DNA of 64,000 nucleotides from an uncultured Polaromonas sp. (lineage in GTDB: Bacteria > Pseudomonadota > Gammaproteobacteria > Burkholderiales > Burkholderiaceae_C), in the NCBI GenBank assembly GCA_964371235.1, contig CAYJMW010000008.1:11055-75054 (forward strand), read 5' to 3'. The notes beneath the pieces are model-generated. The model made no database searches. It worked only from the letters and a program-made list of their open reading frames with translations, and was not told where the DNA came from. The stretch's first letter is position 1. The number at the start of each line of letters is the position of its first letter. Below, piece after piece: positions 9,556-23,452 of the stretch. Made by a program: the position numbers and the translations under genes.

Positions 9556-10515
9556 ATGAAAGCCATCAAACCCGCACTCGGCTTATTCCTCGCCAGCCTT
9601 GTGCTGTCATTCAGCGCAAGCGCCCAGAATATTTCCATTGCCACGGGCGGCACCGGCGGGGTCTATTACCCCATGGGAGGTGGCATTGCGGCGGTGCTGT
9701 CGAAATATGTCCCCGGCATGCAGGCCACGGCAGAGGTCACAGGCGGCTCGGTGGACAACCTCAAGCTGGTGGCTAGCGCCAATTCCTACGTTGGCTTTAG
9801 CATGACCGATGCCAGTCAAGAGGCTTACCAGGGTGAGGGCAAGTTCAAGGGCAACAAGGTTGCAGTGCGGACCCTGATGGTGCTCTACCCCAACCACATG
9901 CACGTGGTCAGTGTTGATGGCCGCGGTATCTCAAAAATGTCCGACCTCAAGGGCAAGCATGTTTCCACAGGTTCCCCCGGGAGTGCTACCGAGGTGATGG
10001 CTTTTCGCCTGATCGAAGCGGCTGGTCTGGACAAGGACAAAGACCTCAAGCGCGAGCGCCTGAGCGTAGCCGAGTCGGTCAATGCCATCAAGGACGGCAA
10101 GATTGATGCCTTCTTCTGGGTCGGCGGCCTGCCCACCGCAGGCATCACTGATCTTGCCAACACACCCGGCACCAAGCTAAAAATGGTGGACAACGCCGAG
10201 CAAGTTGCTGCCATGAACAAGAAGTACGGCAACCTGTATGTCGAGGACGTGATCAGCAAGAGTGTTTATCGGGGCATGGATGCCGACAACAAGCAAGCCA
10301 CCGTGATGAACATCCTGGTCGTCAACGCCAGCATGGACGACAAGACTGCTTACAACATTGTCAAGACCATTTTCGACAAGCGTGATGACCTGATTGCCGT
10401 CCACAAAGAAGCCAGCAACTTCAAGCTTGAAAACCAGAAATCAAGCGCCACACCGATTCCATTTCACCCCGGTGCTGCGAAATATTTTGCAGAAAAAGGC
10501 ATCAAGCTCAACTGA
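9556..10515 (+). CDS. TAXI-family TRAP solute-binding protein
   Basis: Signal peptide; IATGGTGGVYY, TGGSVDN, STGSPGSATE and IPFHPGA..YF. Confidence 0.93.
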   Translation: MKAIKPALGLFLASLVLSFSASAQNISIATGGTGGVYYPMGGGIAAVLSKYVPGMQATAEVTGGSVDNLKLVASANSYVGFSMTDASQEAYQGEGKFKGNKVAVRTLMVLYPNHMHVVSVDGRGISKMSDLKGKHVSTGSPGSATEVMAFRLIEAAGLDKDKDLKRERLSVAESVNAIKDGKIDAFFWVGGLPTAGITDLANTPGTKLKMVDNAEQVAAMNKKYGNLYVEDVISKSVYRGMDADNKQATVMNILVVNASMDDKTAYNIVKTIFDKRDDLIAVHKEASNFKLENQKSSATPIPFHPGAAKYFAEKGIKLN

Positions 10516-10530
10516 ATTCCAAAAAACAAT

Positions 10531-10565
10531 CCCCTCCCAAATCGCCGTTGGGAGGGGCTTTTTTT
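10531..10565 (+). terminator. intrinsic terminator between TAXI SBP and permease genes
   Basis: CCCCTCCCAA-7 nt loop-TTGGGAGGGG, then C and T7. Confidence 0.8.
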
Positions 10566-10604
10566 ATCTGATCCGGAAAAGCCTGACACACAAGGTTCCC
10601 CAGC

Positions 10605-12632
10605 ATGAGTCAACCCCTCTCACCGGGCACACCCGACGTCATCGTCAGCGAAGAAGCACTCCACAAGGCCGAGGAATTCATCGAGGCCGAAGAAGGCGCG
10701 GCCAACAAACTCATAGGCTGGCTGGGCGTTTTTGTGACTGCGGTTGCCTTTGTGATGTCGGCGTTTCACCTCTACACCGCCTACGGCATTGTGCCCACGC
10801 AAACTCTGCGCCCGGTTCACGTCGCCTTTGTGCTGTTTCTGTGCTTCCTGGTGTTTCCGGTTCACCAGCGCTTTCGCCATCGCATCATGTGGTGGGACTG
10901 GCTGGCTGCGGCCCTGTCCATTGCCGTGGCGGTGTATCTGATTCAGGGCGGTGACGACTTCACTGACCGCAACACCGCCCCTAATCCCTGGGACATTGCC
11001 TTTGGCATCGCGCTGATCGCACTGGTGCTCGAAGCCATGCGGCGCACCAACGGCTGGATCATGCCGGTCATCACCTCGGCCTTTATCCTCTATGCCCTGT
11101 TGGGTCCCTACCTGCCCGCGCCATGGACGCACAAGGGCTACGAAGTGGGACGCCTGGTGGGTGTGATGTACATGACGCTGGAAGGCATTTACGGTGTGGC
11201 GGTGGACGTCTCGGCGTCGCTGATCATTCTGTTCACGATTTTCGGCGCGTTCCTGCAGTACTCGGGCGCAGGCAAGTTCTACATTGATTTCTCGTTTTCG
11301 GCGATGGGTGGCAAGCCCACCGGCGCGGGCCGCACGGTAGTGCTGGCTTCGTTTCTGCTCGGCGGTCCATCCGGCTCGGGGGTTGCAACCACTGTCACGC
11401 TAGGGGCTGTGGCCTACCCGATGCTGGCCAAGGTGGGTTACGACAAGAATACCGCTGGTGGCCTGCTGGCGGCCGGCGGTCTGGGTGCGATTATTTCACC
11501 ACCGGTGCTTGGTGCCGCGGCATTCCTGATTGCGGAGTTTCTGAAAATCTCCTATCTCGACGTGCTCTTGATGGCTGTCATTCCGACCCTTCTCTTTTAC
11601 CTGGCCCTGTTCCTGATGGTGGAAATCGATGCCCGCAAATACGGCATGGGCAACACCCAATTCGACAAGGTGGACACGGTCTGGAACCTGACGAAAAAAT
11701 ACTGGTACCACTTTCTGTCCCTAGTCTCCATCGTGTTCTTCATGATGTGGGGCTTCTCCCCGGTGCTGTCGGTGTTCTGGGCCACAGTGGTGTCATTTTT
11801 CACCAGCTTTTTGCGGCGTGACACTGCCTTGATCTCTTATGGCCTGTTCACTGGCAAGGGGGCACTCACCAAGAACCTGTTCCAGTCGCCCTTTGTGAAG
11901 GCCATGGAAGGCGGCTCGATTGGCGTGCTCAACGTGGCGGCCACCTGCGCCGGTGCGGGCATTATCGTGGGTGTTGTCACGCTAACCGGACTGGGCCTGA
12001 AGTTCAGCACCATCGTGATCGACTACGCCGGCGGCAACCTGATGCTGACCGCGGTGTTTACCTCGCTGGTGGTGTGGATTGTGGGTCTGGCCGTGCCGGT
12101 CACGGCTTCCTACATCATCTGCGCGGTGATTGCTGCCCCGGCGCTGATCAAGCTGGGTGTGCCCGACTTTGCGGCCCACATGTTCATCTTCTATTACGCG
12201 GTGCTCTCCGAGGTGTCTCCCCCCACCGCGCTGTCGCCCTTTGCAGCGGCGGCCATCACCGGAGGCGACCCCTACAAAACTACGTTGCAATGCTGGAAAT
12301 ACACCGTGCCGGCCTTCCTGGTGCCCTTCATGTTCGTACTGGACCCCAGCGGGCAGGGGCTGTTGTTGATGGGCTCTACCAAGGCGCTGGCGACGGCTAA
12401 TTGGTGGTCGATTGCAGAGGTGACGCTCACCGCCGCCATGGGTGTGGCTGCACTCGCCGGTGGTTTCCAGGGCTGGGCGCTTAAACGCACCACTGCCGTG
12501 GAACGGTGGATGCTGATCGTGGCCGGATTCGCGCTGGTGTACCCGAGCGGCATGGCCGATGTGATCGGCTTCGGACTGGTGATCGCAGCACTGGCAATGC
12601 AATACTTCCGCAGGGAGTTGCAGCCGACCTGA
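10605..12632 (+). CDS. TAXI-TRAP fused 4TM/12TM permease
   Basis: Polytopic; GPSGSGVA, PPVLGAAAFLIAE and SEVSPPTALSPFAAAAI. Confidence 0.92.
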   Translation: MSQPLSPGTPDVIVSEEALHKAEEFIEAEEGAANKLIGWLGVFVTAVAFVMSAFHLYTAYGIVPTQTLRPVHVAFVLFLCFLVFPVHQRFRHRIMWWDWLAAALSIAVAVYLIQGGDDFTDRNTAPNPWDIAFGIALIALVLEAMRRTNGWIMPVITSAFILYALLGPYLPAPWTHKGYEVGRLVGVMYMTLEGIYGVAVDVSASLIILFTIFGAFLQYSGAGKFYIDFSFSAMGGKPTGAGRTVVLASFLLGGPSGSGVATTVTLGAVAYPMLAKVGYDKNTAGGLLAAGGLGAIISPPVLGAAAFLIAEFLKISYLDVLLMAVIPTLLFYLALFLMVEIDARKYGMGNTQFDKVDTVWNLTKKYWYHFLSLVSIVFFMMWGFSPVLSVFWATVVSFFTSFLRRDTALISYGLFTGKGALTKNLFQSPFVKAMEGGSIGVLNVAATCAGAGIIVGVVTLTGLGLKFSTIVIDYAGGNLMLTAVFTSLVVWIVGLAVPVTASYIICAVIAAPALIKLGVPDFAAHMFIFYYAVLSEVSPPTALSPFAAAAITGGDPYKTTLQCWKYTVPAFLVPFMFVLDPSGQGLLLMGSTKALATANWWSIAEVTLTAAMGVAALAGGFQGWALKRTTAVERWMLIVAGFALVYPSGMADVIGFGLVIAALAMQYFRRELQPT

Positions 12633-12764
12633 GTGTGCCGGGCCGTGCCCCGCTCAGGGGGTGAGCATGGCGAGCCTTAGAGTGGTTATCGTTGTTCCCT
12701 GACGCCGCCGTGCCTGCTTCGGCAAGGCCAAGCCCCCCGCGCCTCATTCGCCGGTTGCGCGAAT

Positions 12765-13706
12765 GTGAATGGCGGTACGGAAATTTTTGTTATCGTCAAC
12801 ACCATGCCAACACAAAGCCAGCCCAGCATTGATGCGTTTATTGACGCCCTGTGGCTCGAAGATGGGCTGAGCAGGAATACGCTGGACGCTTATCGGCGAG
12901 ACCTTTCGCTGTACGCCGCCTGGCTGGCGGCGCGGAGCCAGGGGGCACGCAAGCTCGATGACACGCTTGAGAGCGATCTCAACGCTTACTTTGCTGCCCG
13001 GCATGCGGTCACCAAGGCGACATCGGCAAATCGGCGGCTGACCGTGTTCAAGCGCTACTTTCGCTGGGCGCTGCGCGAGCGCTTTATTGCCGCGGACCCG
13101 ACCCTGAAGCTGCAATCAGCCAGGCAGGCGTTGCGGGTGCCCAAGCTGATGAGCGAGGCGCAGGTGGAGTCTTTGCTGGCAGCGCCTCGCCAGGACACGG
13201 CGCTTGGGCAGCGCGATCGCGCCATGCTGGAGCTGATGTATGCAAGCGGCCTGCGCGTGAGTGAGCTGGTCGGGCTGAAGACGTTTCACGTGGGTTTGAA
13301 TGAAGGCGTGCTGCGCGTCATGGGCAAGGGCAGCAAGGAGCGGCTGGTGCCCTTCGGGCAGGTGGCGCGCGAGTGGATCGTGCGTTACCTGGCCGAGGCA
13401 CGGCCCACTATTCTGGGTGGCCAGCAGACCGATGACCTGTTCGTGACTGGCCGTGGCCACGGCATGAGCCGGGTGATGTTCTGGATGCTGGTCAAAAAGT
13501 ACGCGCTCCTGGCGGGCATCACTTCCCCGTTGTCACCGCACACCTTGCGCCATGCCTTTGCCACGCATTTGCTCAACCACGGCGCCGACCTGCGCGCCGT
13601 GCAGATGCTGCTCGGGCACGCCGACATTTCCACCACCACAATTTACACCCACGTGGCCCGGGAGCGGCTCAAGGCGCTGCATGCGCAGCACCATCCAAGG
13701 GGTTGA
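12765..13706 (+). CDS. xerD: site-specific tyrosine recombinase XerD
   Basis: LWLEDGLSRNTLDAY, RDRAMLELMYASGLRVSEL, SPHTLRHAFATH and TTIYTHV; start may be ATG at ~12805. Confidence 0.96.
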   Translation: MNGGTEIFVIVNTMPTQSQPSIDAFIDALWLEDGLSRNTLDAYRRDLSLYAAWLAARSQGARKLDDTLESDLNAYFAARHAVTKATSANRRLTVFKRYFRWALRERFIAADPTLKLQSARQALRVPKLMSEAQVESLLAAPRQDTALGQRDRAMLELMYASGLRVSELVGLKTFHVGLNEGVLRVMGKGSKERLVPFGQVAREWIVRYLAEARPTILGGQQTDDLFVTGRGHGMSRVMFWMLVKKYALLAGITSPLSPHTLRHAFATHLLNHGADLRAVQMLLGHADISTTTIYTHVARERLKALHAQHHPRG

Positions 13707-13729
13707 TTTGCCCCGTGGCTGGATGGGAA

Positions 13730-15019
13730 TCAGCGGTACATGTAGTCGCGGTTGAAGGGATAAACCGACTGGCCGCCCAAGACTCGCGTGACCGGCGCGT
13801 CGCGCGCATCGCCTGAGGGGCGCGTAGCGAGCAACTGGTGCAGCGAGAGCCAGCCCTGCTCAAAACTCATGGCGCTGCCCGCCAGATACAAGCGGTAGGC
13901 GCGCAGGGTTTTTTCGGCGCGCTCGGGACCGCCGTCTGTTGCCAGTACCTGGTGTGCTTCGTCCTGCCGGGCTTCCAGCGCATCGGACCAGTCCCACAGC
14001 GTGCGGGCGTAGTGCGGACGCAGATTTTCGACATCGACCATCTCCAGACCCGAGCGGGCCAGGTGTTCCAGCACGGCGCTGACGTGCATCAACTCCCCGC
14101 CAGGGAAAATGTATTTCTCAATGAAGTCGCCCATGCCGGCACCGAGTTGCCGGTTTTCAAGTCCGCCGGCCGTAATGCCGTGATTCAGGACCAGACCGCC
14201 CGGGGTCAGCAGTCGCATGATTTTCCTGAAATAGGCGTTCATGTTGGCCTGTCCGACGTGCTCAAACATACCCACCGAGGAGATTTTGTCGAAGGGCTGG
14301 TCTTCGGCCATGTCGCGGTAGTCGCGCAGTTCCATGCGAACGCGCCGCCCCAGGCCTTTCTGGTCAATCAGGCGCTGCACATGCGCGTACTGATTTTTTG
14401 ACAGGGTGATGCCGGTGGCATCCACGCCGTAATGCTCGGCTGCCCACAGCAGCAGCGCTCCCCAGCCGGCTCCGATGTCCAGAAAACGCTCGCCTGGCTG
14501 CAGCATCAGCTTGCGGCAGATATGGTCGAGCTTGGCTTCCTGGGCGCGTGCCAGTGTCATGGATGGGTCGCCGAGGTTGCGGTAATAGGCACAAGAGTAA
14601 ACCCGGCGCGGGTCCAGCCACAGCGCATAGAAAGCGTCGGAAACATCGTAATGAAACTGCACCTGCGCAGCGTCCCGGGCTGGCGTGTGAGCCGTCAGGG
14701 ATTTGGCCAGGTGCAGCCAACCCGACCACCAGCCCGTATCGCTTTGCACCGGGTTGCCGGGCAGCAGCTTGGTCACGGCGCGCATGACATCGCGCATGGC
14801 CCCTTCAATCTGGAGTTTGCCCTCGACGTAGTCTTCGGCCAGGGCGCCAATCTGACCGGCCTTGAGGCGGGCGATGCCCGACCATCTGGAAAACGACAGT
14901 GTGACCGGCGCGTTGGCCGAACCCAGACGAGTGCCCTGGGGCAGTTGCAGCGCGATGTCCGCGGGCAGGCGCGTCATCTGCGATGCAATGTCGGGAGCCA
15001 GGTGGCGAACCATGCGCAA
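13730..15019 (-). CDS. cyclopropane-fatty-acyl-phospholipid synthase-like SAM methyltransferase
   Basis: HYDVS, YSCAY, LDIGAGWG, VGMFEHVG, YIFPGG and HYARTL. Confidence 0.9.
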   Translation of the reverse strand: MRMVRHLAPDIASQMTRLPADIALQLPQGTRLGSANAPVTLSFSRWSGIARLKAGQIGALAEDYVEGKLQIEGAMRDVMRAVTKLLPGNPVQSDTGWWSGWLHLAKSLTAHTPARDAAQVQFHYDVSDAFYALWLDPRRVYSCAYYRNLGDPSMTLARAQEAKLDHICRKLMLQPGERFLDIGAGWGALLLWAAEHYGVDATGITLSKNQYAHVQRLIDQKGLGRRVRMELRDYRDMAEDQPFDKISSVGMFEHVGQANMNAYFRKIMRLLTPGGLVLNHGITAGGLENRQLGAGMGDFIEKYIFPGGELMHVSAVLEHLARSGLEMVDVENLRPHYARTLWDWSDALEARQDEAHQVLATDGGPERAEKTLRAYRLYLAGSAMSFEQGWLSLHQLLATRPSGDARDAPVTRVLGGQSVYPFNRDYMYR

Positions 15020-15111
15020 ACTCCTTTCGGAAATTACTCTTGCTAGCGTTTCAGTCTAGCGCCTTCCCGGTGTTTCCGCCACCACGAAGCGAGGCCGACT
15101 GAGCGTATTGC

Positions 15112-15933
15112 TCAGGCGCTGGCACTGAGCAGCGCCAGTTCGGCCTCGTCAAACCCTGCAGCGCGGCGCGCGGCGAGGTTCAGCGGGCCTTTCAGGCGCG
15201 GCGCGCCGTACTGTTTGGCCAGCACCTCATAGGTGGCGAGTGGGTCCAGCCCGCGCTGGGCGCACAAATAGCGGTACCAGCGGTTGCCGGTGGCCACGTG
15301 GCCGATTTCATCGCACAAAATGGTATCCAGAATGTCCACGGCACGCAGCGCATCAGCTGTGCCGACCTTGCGCAGCCTGGCCTGCATCGGCGGCGTGGCA
15401 TCCAGTCCCCGGGCCTCCAGCGTGCGCGGCACCAGAGCCATGCGCGCCAGCACATCGCCTGCGGTTTTCCGGGTCATGTCCCACAGTCCGGTGTGGGCGG
15501 CGAAGTCGCCATAGTCGTAGCCCATGGTCTGCAGGTGGTCGCGCAGCAGGCTGAAGTGCCGCGCTTCTTCTGCGGCCACTTTCAGCCAATCCAGGTAGTA
15601 GGTGCGTGGCATGCCGCCAAAGCGCCAGACGGCGTCCAGCGCCAGATTGATGGCGTTGAACTCGATATGCGTTACGGCATGGATCAGCGCGGCCAGGCCT
15701 TCCGGGGTGAATGGGGAGCGTTTTGGAACATCCAGATGCGACCGCAACTTTGGCCGGGCAGGGCAGCCAGGCAGACCATCGGGGGCCTCAAAATCATCGT
15801 CAATTGCTATCAAAACAGTAGCAGATTGTGTCCACAGGACGTGGGCAAGATGCGCTTTTTGTTGTGGATTTTGCGCCATCAGCGCCTGCAGGGCAAGCTG
15901 GCGCAGTTCCGCGGGTGCAGGCGTGGCAGTCAT
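15112..15933 (-). CDS. ferritin-like domain protein (DUF455 type)
   Basis: HAVTHIEFNAINLALDA, AEEARHF, LVPRTLEARGLD and DEIGHV di-iron motifs. Confidence 0.88.
   Translation of the reverse strand: MTATPAPAELRQLALQALMAQNPQQKAHLAHVLWTQSATVLIAIDDDFEAPDGLPGCPARPKLRSHLDVPKRSPFTPEGLAALIHAVTHIEFNAINLALDAVWRFGGMPRTYYLDWLKVAAEEARHFSLLRDHLQTMGYDYGDFAAHTGLWDMTRKTAGDVLARMALVPRTLEARGLDATPPMQARLRKVGTADALRAVDILDTILCDEIGHVATGNRWYRYLCAQRGLDPLATYEVLAKQYGAPRLKGPLNLAARRAAGFDEAELALLSASA
15806..15860 (+). repeat. 55-bp dispersed element, copy B (in ferritin-like gene)
   Basis: GCTAT-CAAAACA-GTAGC AGATTGTGT CCACAGGAC GTGGGCAAG ATGCGCTTTTT. Confidence 0.8.
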
Positions 15934-16020
15934 GGCTCAATTGTCAACGACAGGCGGCTCCGTACAATCAAAACCGACTCCCAAGAGCTGAAACCCAAGA
16001 CGACCGAATCAAGGACATCC

Positions 16021-16545
16021 ATGGCTATTTATCAGATCGACGATTTGACCCCTGACATCCACGAATCCGCCTGGGTGGCTGACAGCGCTCAGGTCATCGG
16101 CCAGGTGACGCTTGCTGAGGGTGCCAGCGTCTGGTTCGGTGTGGTGATCCGGGGCGACATGGATGCCATTCATGTGGGCTCGGGCTCCAATATTCAGGAT
16201 AACAGTGTTTTGCACGTCGACCATGGCCAGCCGCTGAACATTGGCGAGAATGTCTCCGTCGGCCATCAGGTCATGCTGCATGGTTGCACCATCGGCGACG
16301 GATCGCTGATTGGCATTCAGGCGGTCGTGCTCAATGGCGCGAAGATAGGCAAAAACTGCCTGGTCGGTGCGGGCGCCTTGGTGACGGAGGGCAAGGAGTT
16401 CCCGGATGGCTCCATGATCCTGGGAAGCCCGGCCAGAGCGGTCAAGCAACTCTCCGCGGAACAGGTTGATGGTTTAAAAATGATTGCGAAGCACTATATG
16501 GACAACGCCCGGCGCTTCAGGGCCGGGATCAAAAAGCTGAACTGA
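16021..16545 (+). CDS. gamma carbonic anhydrase family (YrdA-like) hexapeptide-repeat protein
   Basis: IRGDMDAIHVGSGSNIQDNSVLH and VGHQVMLHGC. Confidence 0.93.
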   Translation: MAIYQIDDLTPDIHESAWVADSAQVIGQVTLAEGASVWFGVVIRGDMDAIHVGSGSNIQDNSVLHVDHGQPLNIGENVSVGHQVMLHGCTIGDGSLIGIQAVVLNGAKIGKNCLVGAGALVTEGKEFPDGSMILGSPARAVKQLSAEQVDGLKMIAKHYMDNARRFRAGIKKLN

Positions 16546-16594
16546 ACGGCTGGTTTTTGTTTTCTCCTCCTGTTGGCTGACCCTTGTTTTTGCC

Positions 16595-17560
16595 ATGTCT
16601 GAACTGCATAAATTTCTATTTGATGGCCTGCCGGTTCGAGGCATGCTGGTGCGCCTGACTGATGCCTGGCAGGAGATTCTCAAGCGCCGTGCAGCCGCCG
16701 GAGGGTATCCGCTGGAAGTGACGCACCTGCTCGGGCAAATGACTGCGGCAGCCGCCCTGATGCAGAGCAACATCAAGTTCAATGGGAAACTGATCCTGCA
16801 GATTTTTGGGGACGGCCCGGTCAAGCTCGCGGTGGCGGAGGTGCAGCCTGACCTGGGCCTGCGCGCGACCGCAACGGTGACCGGCCCGATTGATCCGGGC
16901 AGTTCGCTGAGCCAACTGGTCAATGTCAATAATCAGGGGCGATGCGCCATCACTCTGGACCCGAAAGACCGGTTTCCGGGTCAGCAGCCTTATCAGGGCG
17001 TGGTGCCGCTTCTCGGCGACCACCACGAAAAAATTGAAAGCCTGAGCCAGGTGCTGGAGCACTACATGCTGCAAAGTGAGCAGCTCGATACCCGGCTGAT
17101 TCTGGCCGCCGACGGGAAGGTTGCCGCCGGGCTGCTGATCCAGCGCCTGCCTGTGAAAGGGCGGGGCAATCTGGAAGGCCAGATGGACCGCGATGCGAAT
17201 GAAGACCAGATTGGCCTGAATGAAGATTACCAGCGCATTGCGATGCTGGCCGCGACGCTTAAACCCGAAGAGCTGTTAACGCTGGACGCCGACACGATCT
17301 TGCGTCGCCTGTTCTGGGAGGAGCCGCATACGCGGTTTGCGCCCCTTACCCCCCGCTTTGCCTGCAGTTGCTCCCAGCAGCGGGTTCGCAACATGCTGCG
17401 CGGTCTGGGCGCTGCGGAAATTGAAAGCATCATTGCCGAGCGCGGCGTGGTCGATGTCGCTTGCGAGTTTTGTGGCGCGCAATATGGTTTCGATCCGGTC
17501 GATGCGGCCCAACTTTTCACCGGCCAAAGCCAGCCGCCGCCTTCCGCCACCTTGCAATAA
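16595..17560 (+). CDS. hslO: Hsp33 redox-regulated chaperone
   Basis: FACSCS...CEFCG Zn motif and AAGLLIQRLP. Confidence 0.95.
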   Translation: MSELHKFLFDGLPVRGMLVRLTDAWQEILKRRAAAGGYPLEVTHLLGQMTAAAALMQSNIKFNGKLILQIFGDGPVKLAVAEVQPDLGLRATATVTGPIDPGSSLSQLVNVNNQGRCAITLDPKDRFPGQQPYQGVVPLLGDHHEKIESLSQVLEHYMLQSEQLDTRLILAADGKVAAGLLIQRLPVKGRGNLEGQMDRDANEDQIGLNEDYQRIAMLAATLKPEELLTLDADTILRRLFWEEPHTRFAPLTPRFACSCSQQRVRNMLRGLGAAEIESIIAERGVVDVACEFCGAQYGFDPVDAAQLFTGQSQPPPSATLQ

Positions 17561-17565
17561 GCCGC

Positions 17566-17847
17566 TTACGGGGTGATCTGCACAAAAATTTCATTGGGCT
17601 TGACCATGCCCAGTTCGCTGCGGGCTTTTTCCTCAACCATTTCCAGACCTTCCTTGAGGTCCCGGACTTCGGCGGTCAACTGGTCATTGGCGAGCTGAGC
17701 TTGCGCATTTTTCGCAAGTTGCTCATCGAGTCGCTGCTGCATCTCGCTCACGCTGGGGAGGCTGCCCCGTCCAACCCAGAGCTGCACGTGAAAAATCACA
17801 AGCAATGCAATCAGGATGGCAGGGATGAGGTGCTTTTCCACTTGCAA
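17566..17847 (-). CDS. ftsB: cell division protein FtsB
   Basis: TM helix, coiled coil and EEKARSELGMVKPNEIF; downstream of eno. Confidence 0.92.
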   Translation of the reverse strand: MQVEKHLIPAILIALLVIFHVQLWVGRGSLPSVSEMQQRLDEQLAKNAQAQLANDQLTAEVRDLKEGLEMVEEKARSELGMVKPNEIFVQITP

Positions 17848-17861
17848 GGCACCCGGTACGG

Positions 17862-19477
<1,616 letters not shown>

Positions 19478-19494
19478 GGCGTTCTTCGGTGGAT

Positions 19495-20349
19495 TCAGTT
19501 GAAGTCGTTTTCGAGAAAACCATTCTTCTTGGTCACGCGGTCCAGTTCGAGCAGCGTTTCCAGCAGCGCTTTCATGTGTTTGAGCGGAACGGCATTGGGG
19601 CCATCGCTCAGGGCTTTGTCGGGATCTGGGTGCGTTTCCATGAAGATGCCGGCCACCCCAACGGCCACCGCGGCGCGCGCCAGCACCGGCACCATTTCAC
19701 GCTGGCCACCGCTGCTGCCGCCATTGGCGCCGGGAAGTTGCACCGAGTGGGTTGCATCAAACACCACCGGCGCGTTGGTGCCCCGCATGATCGCCAGGCT
19801 GCGCATGTCGGACACCAGGTTGTTGTAGCCAAAACTGGCGCCCCGCTCGCAGGCCATGAAGTTGTCTTCGTTGAGGCCTTTCTCACGTGCCGCGGCGCGC
19901 GCCTTGTCGATGATGTTCTTCATGTCACCCGGTGCCAGAAACTGGCCCTTCTTGATATTCACCGGTTTGCCCGATTGCGCCACTGCACGGATGAAGTCGG
20001 TCTGGCGGCATAAAAAAGCCGGGGTTTGCAACACATCGACCACGCTGGCAACCTGCGCAATTTGCGACTCGTCGTGAATGTCAGTCAGGATAGGCAAGCC
20101 CAGATCGCGTTTTACCCTGGCCAGAATCTCAAGGCCTTTGTCAATGCCGGGGCCGCGAAAAGTGCCGCCAGACGAACGATTGGCCTTGTCAAAACTGCTC
20201 TTGAAAACAAATGGAATGCCCAGGGCGGAGGTGATTTCCTTCAAGCTGCCCGCGGTATCCATCTGCAGCTGCTCGGATTCAATCACACAGGGCCCGGCGA
20301 TCAGGAAAAACGGCTGCGTCAGGCCGATGTCAAACCCGCAAAGTCTCAT
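19495..20349 (-). CDS. kdsA: KDO-8-phosphate synthase
   Basis: [30 protein letters not shown] and FDATHSVQ. Confidence 0.98.
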   Translation of the reverse strand: MRLCGFDIGLTQPFFLIAGPCVIESEQLQMDTAGSLKEITSALGIPFVFKSSFDKANRSSGGTFRGPGIDKGLEILARVKRDLGLPILTDIHDESQIAQVASVVDVLQTPAFLCRQTDFIRAVAQSGKPVNIKKGQFLAPGDMKNIIDKARAAAREKGLNEDNFMACERGASFGYNNLVSDMRSLAIMRGTNAPVVFDATHSVQLPGANGGSSGGQREMVPVLARAAVAVGVAGIFMETHPDPDKALSDGPNAVPLKHMKALLETLLELDRVTKKNGFLENDFN

Positions 20350-20351
20350 GC

Positions 20352-22094
<1,743 letters not shown>

Positions 22095-22153
22095 TTATAC
22101 GAGTTGGCTTGCGCGCAGCCCGATGTCAGCGCCAAACTGATACATTGCGAAAC

Positions 22154-23452
22154 ATGACAAATAAAGCAAATGAATCCGGTGACGACGCCTCCTCCGAATT
22201 GGCCGGCAAACACCTGGTGCTGGGCCTGTCAGGGGGCATTGCCTGCTACAAGTCGGCTGAGTTATGCCGCGCCCTGATCAAGGCAGGCGCCAGCGTGCAG
22301 GTCGTCATGACCGCGGCGTCCGAGCAGTTCATCACGGCGGTCACGATGCAGGCGCTCAGCGGCAGACCGGTGTACACCAGCCAGTGGGACAGCCGCGAAG
22401 CCAACAACATGGCACATATCAACCTGTCGCGTGAGGCCGACGCCATTGTGATTGCGCCCTGCAGCGCCGACTTTATCGCCAGGCTGCTTCATGGCCGGGC
22501 CGATGATCTGCTGAGCCTGATGTGCCTGGCCCGGCCGATCGACAAGGTGCCGCTACTGGTGGCGCCGGCAATGAACCGCGAGATGTATGCGCATCCGGCG
22601 ACGCAGCGCAACCTGGCGCAGCTTTGCGCCGATGGCGCCACAGTGCTGGGCGTGGGTACCGGCTTTCAGGCCTGCGGTGAAACGGGCGATGGGCGCATGC
22701 TGGAGCCTGAACAATTGCTTGACGATATCATCGCGTTCTTCGCGCCCAAGGTGCTGGCCGGGCAGCAGGTGCTGGTCACGGCCGGTCCCACCTACGAGGC
22801 CATGGATCCGGTGCGCGGCATCACCAATCTTTCAAGCGGGAAAATGGGCTTTGCGATCGCGCGTGCGGCGCGTGAAGCGGGCGCCGATGTCACGCTGGTT
22901 GCCGGCCCGGTCAGTTTGCCGACGCCACGCGGCGTCGGCCGGGTCGATGTGATGTCGGCACAAAACATGTTGGACGCCGTTATGCTACGGGGGCAAGCAG
23001 CTACCGTTTTTATAGCAACGGCGGCGGTGGCCGATTGGCGGCCGGCAGCGCCGTCGGAGCACAAGATCAAGAAAGACGGAACGGGTCAGGCACCCCAACT
23101 TCAATTCACCGAGACCCCGGATATCCTGGCCACGGTTGCCGCGCTCGCTGCCGCTCATTCGGGCAGGCCGTTTTGCGTGGGCTTTGCAGCCGAAAGTCAA
23201 AACCTGCATGAGAACGCCGTGGCCAAACGCCTGCGCAAAAACGTGCCCCTGCTGGTCGGCAATATCGGACCCGACACCTTTGGACAGGACCATAACGCCT
23301 TGCTGCTGGTGGATGCGCAGGGCTGTACCGAAGTGCCCAGGGCATCCAAGCTCGCGCTTGCGCGGCGACTGGTTCGGGAAATTTCCGCAAGGATGGGCGT
23401 GCAAGACCTCGCTCGCGGGCAAGTCAAATCAACAGGCCCAGTCAATTCATGA
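22154..23452 (+). CDS. coaBC: phosphopantothenoylcysteine decarboxylase/ligase
   Basis: [41 protein letters not shown] and GFAAES. Confidence 0.97.
   Translation: MTNKANESGDDASSELAGKHLVLGLSGGIACYKSAELCRALIKAGASVQVVMTAASEQFITAVTMQALSGRPVYTSQWDSREANNMAHINLSREADAIVIAPCSADFIARLLHGRADDLLSLMCLARPIDKVPLLVAPAMNREMYAHPATQRNLAQLCADGATVLGVGTGFQACGETGDGRMLEPEQLLDDIIAFFAPKVLAGQQVLVTAGPTYEAMDPVRGITNLSSGKMGFAIARAAREAGADVTLVAGPVSLPTPRGVGRVDVMSAQNMLDAVMLRGQAATVFIATAAVADWRPAAPSEHKIKKDGTGQAPQLQFTETPDILATVAALAAAHSGRPFCVGFAAESQNLHENAVAKRLRKNVPLLVGNIGPDTFGQDHNALLLVDAQGCTEVPRASKLALARRLVREISARMGVQDLARGQVKSTGPVNS
22962..23016 (-). repeat. 55-bp dispersed element, copy C (in coaBC)
   Basis: Minus strand: GCTAT-AAAAACG-GTAGC TGCTTGCCC CCGTAGCAT AACGGCGTC CAACATGTTTT. 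Confidence 0.72.

Noticed and set aside
12765-13706. Tyrosine recombinase as a prophage or island integrase
   Set aside because: Sequence is typical chromosomal XerD and no phage or ICE genes are adjacent.
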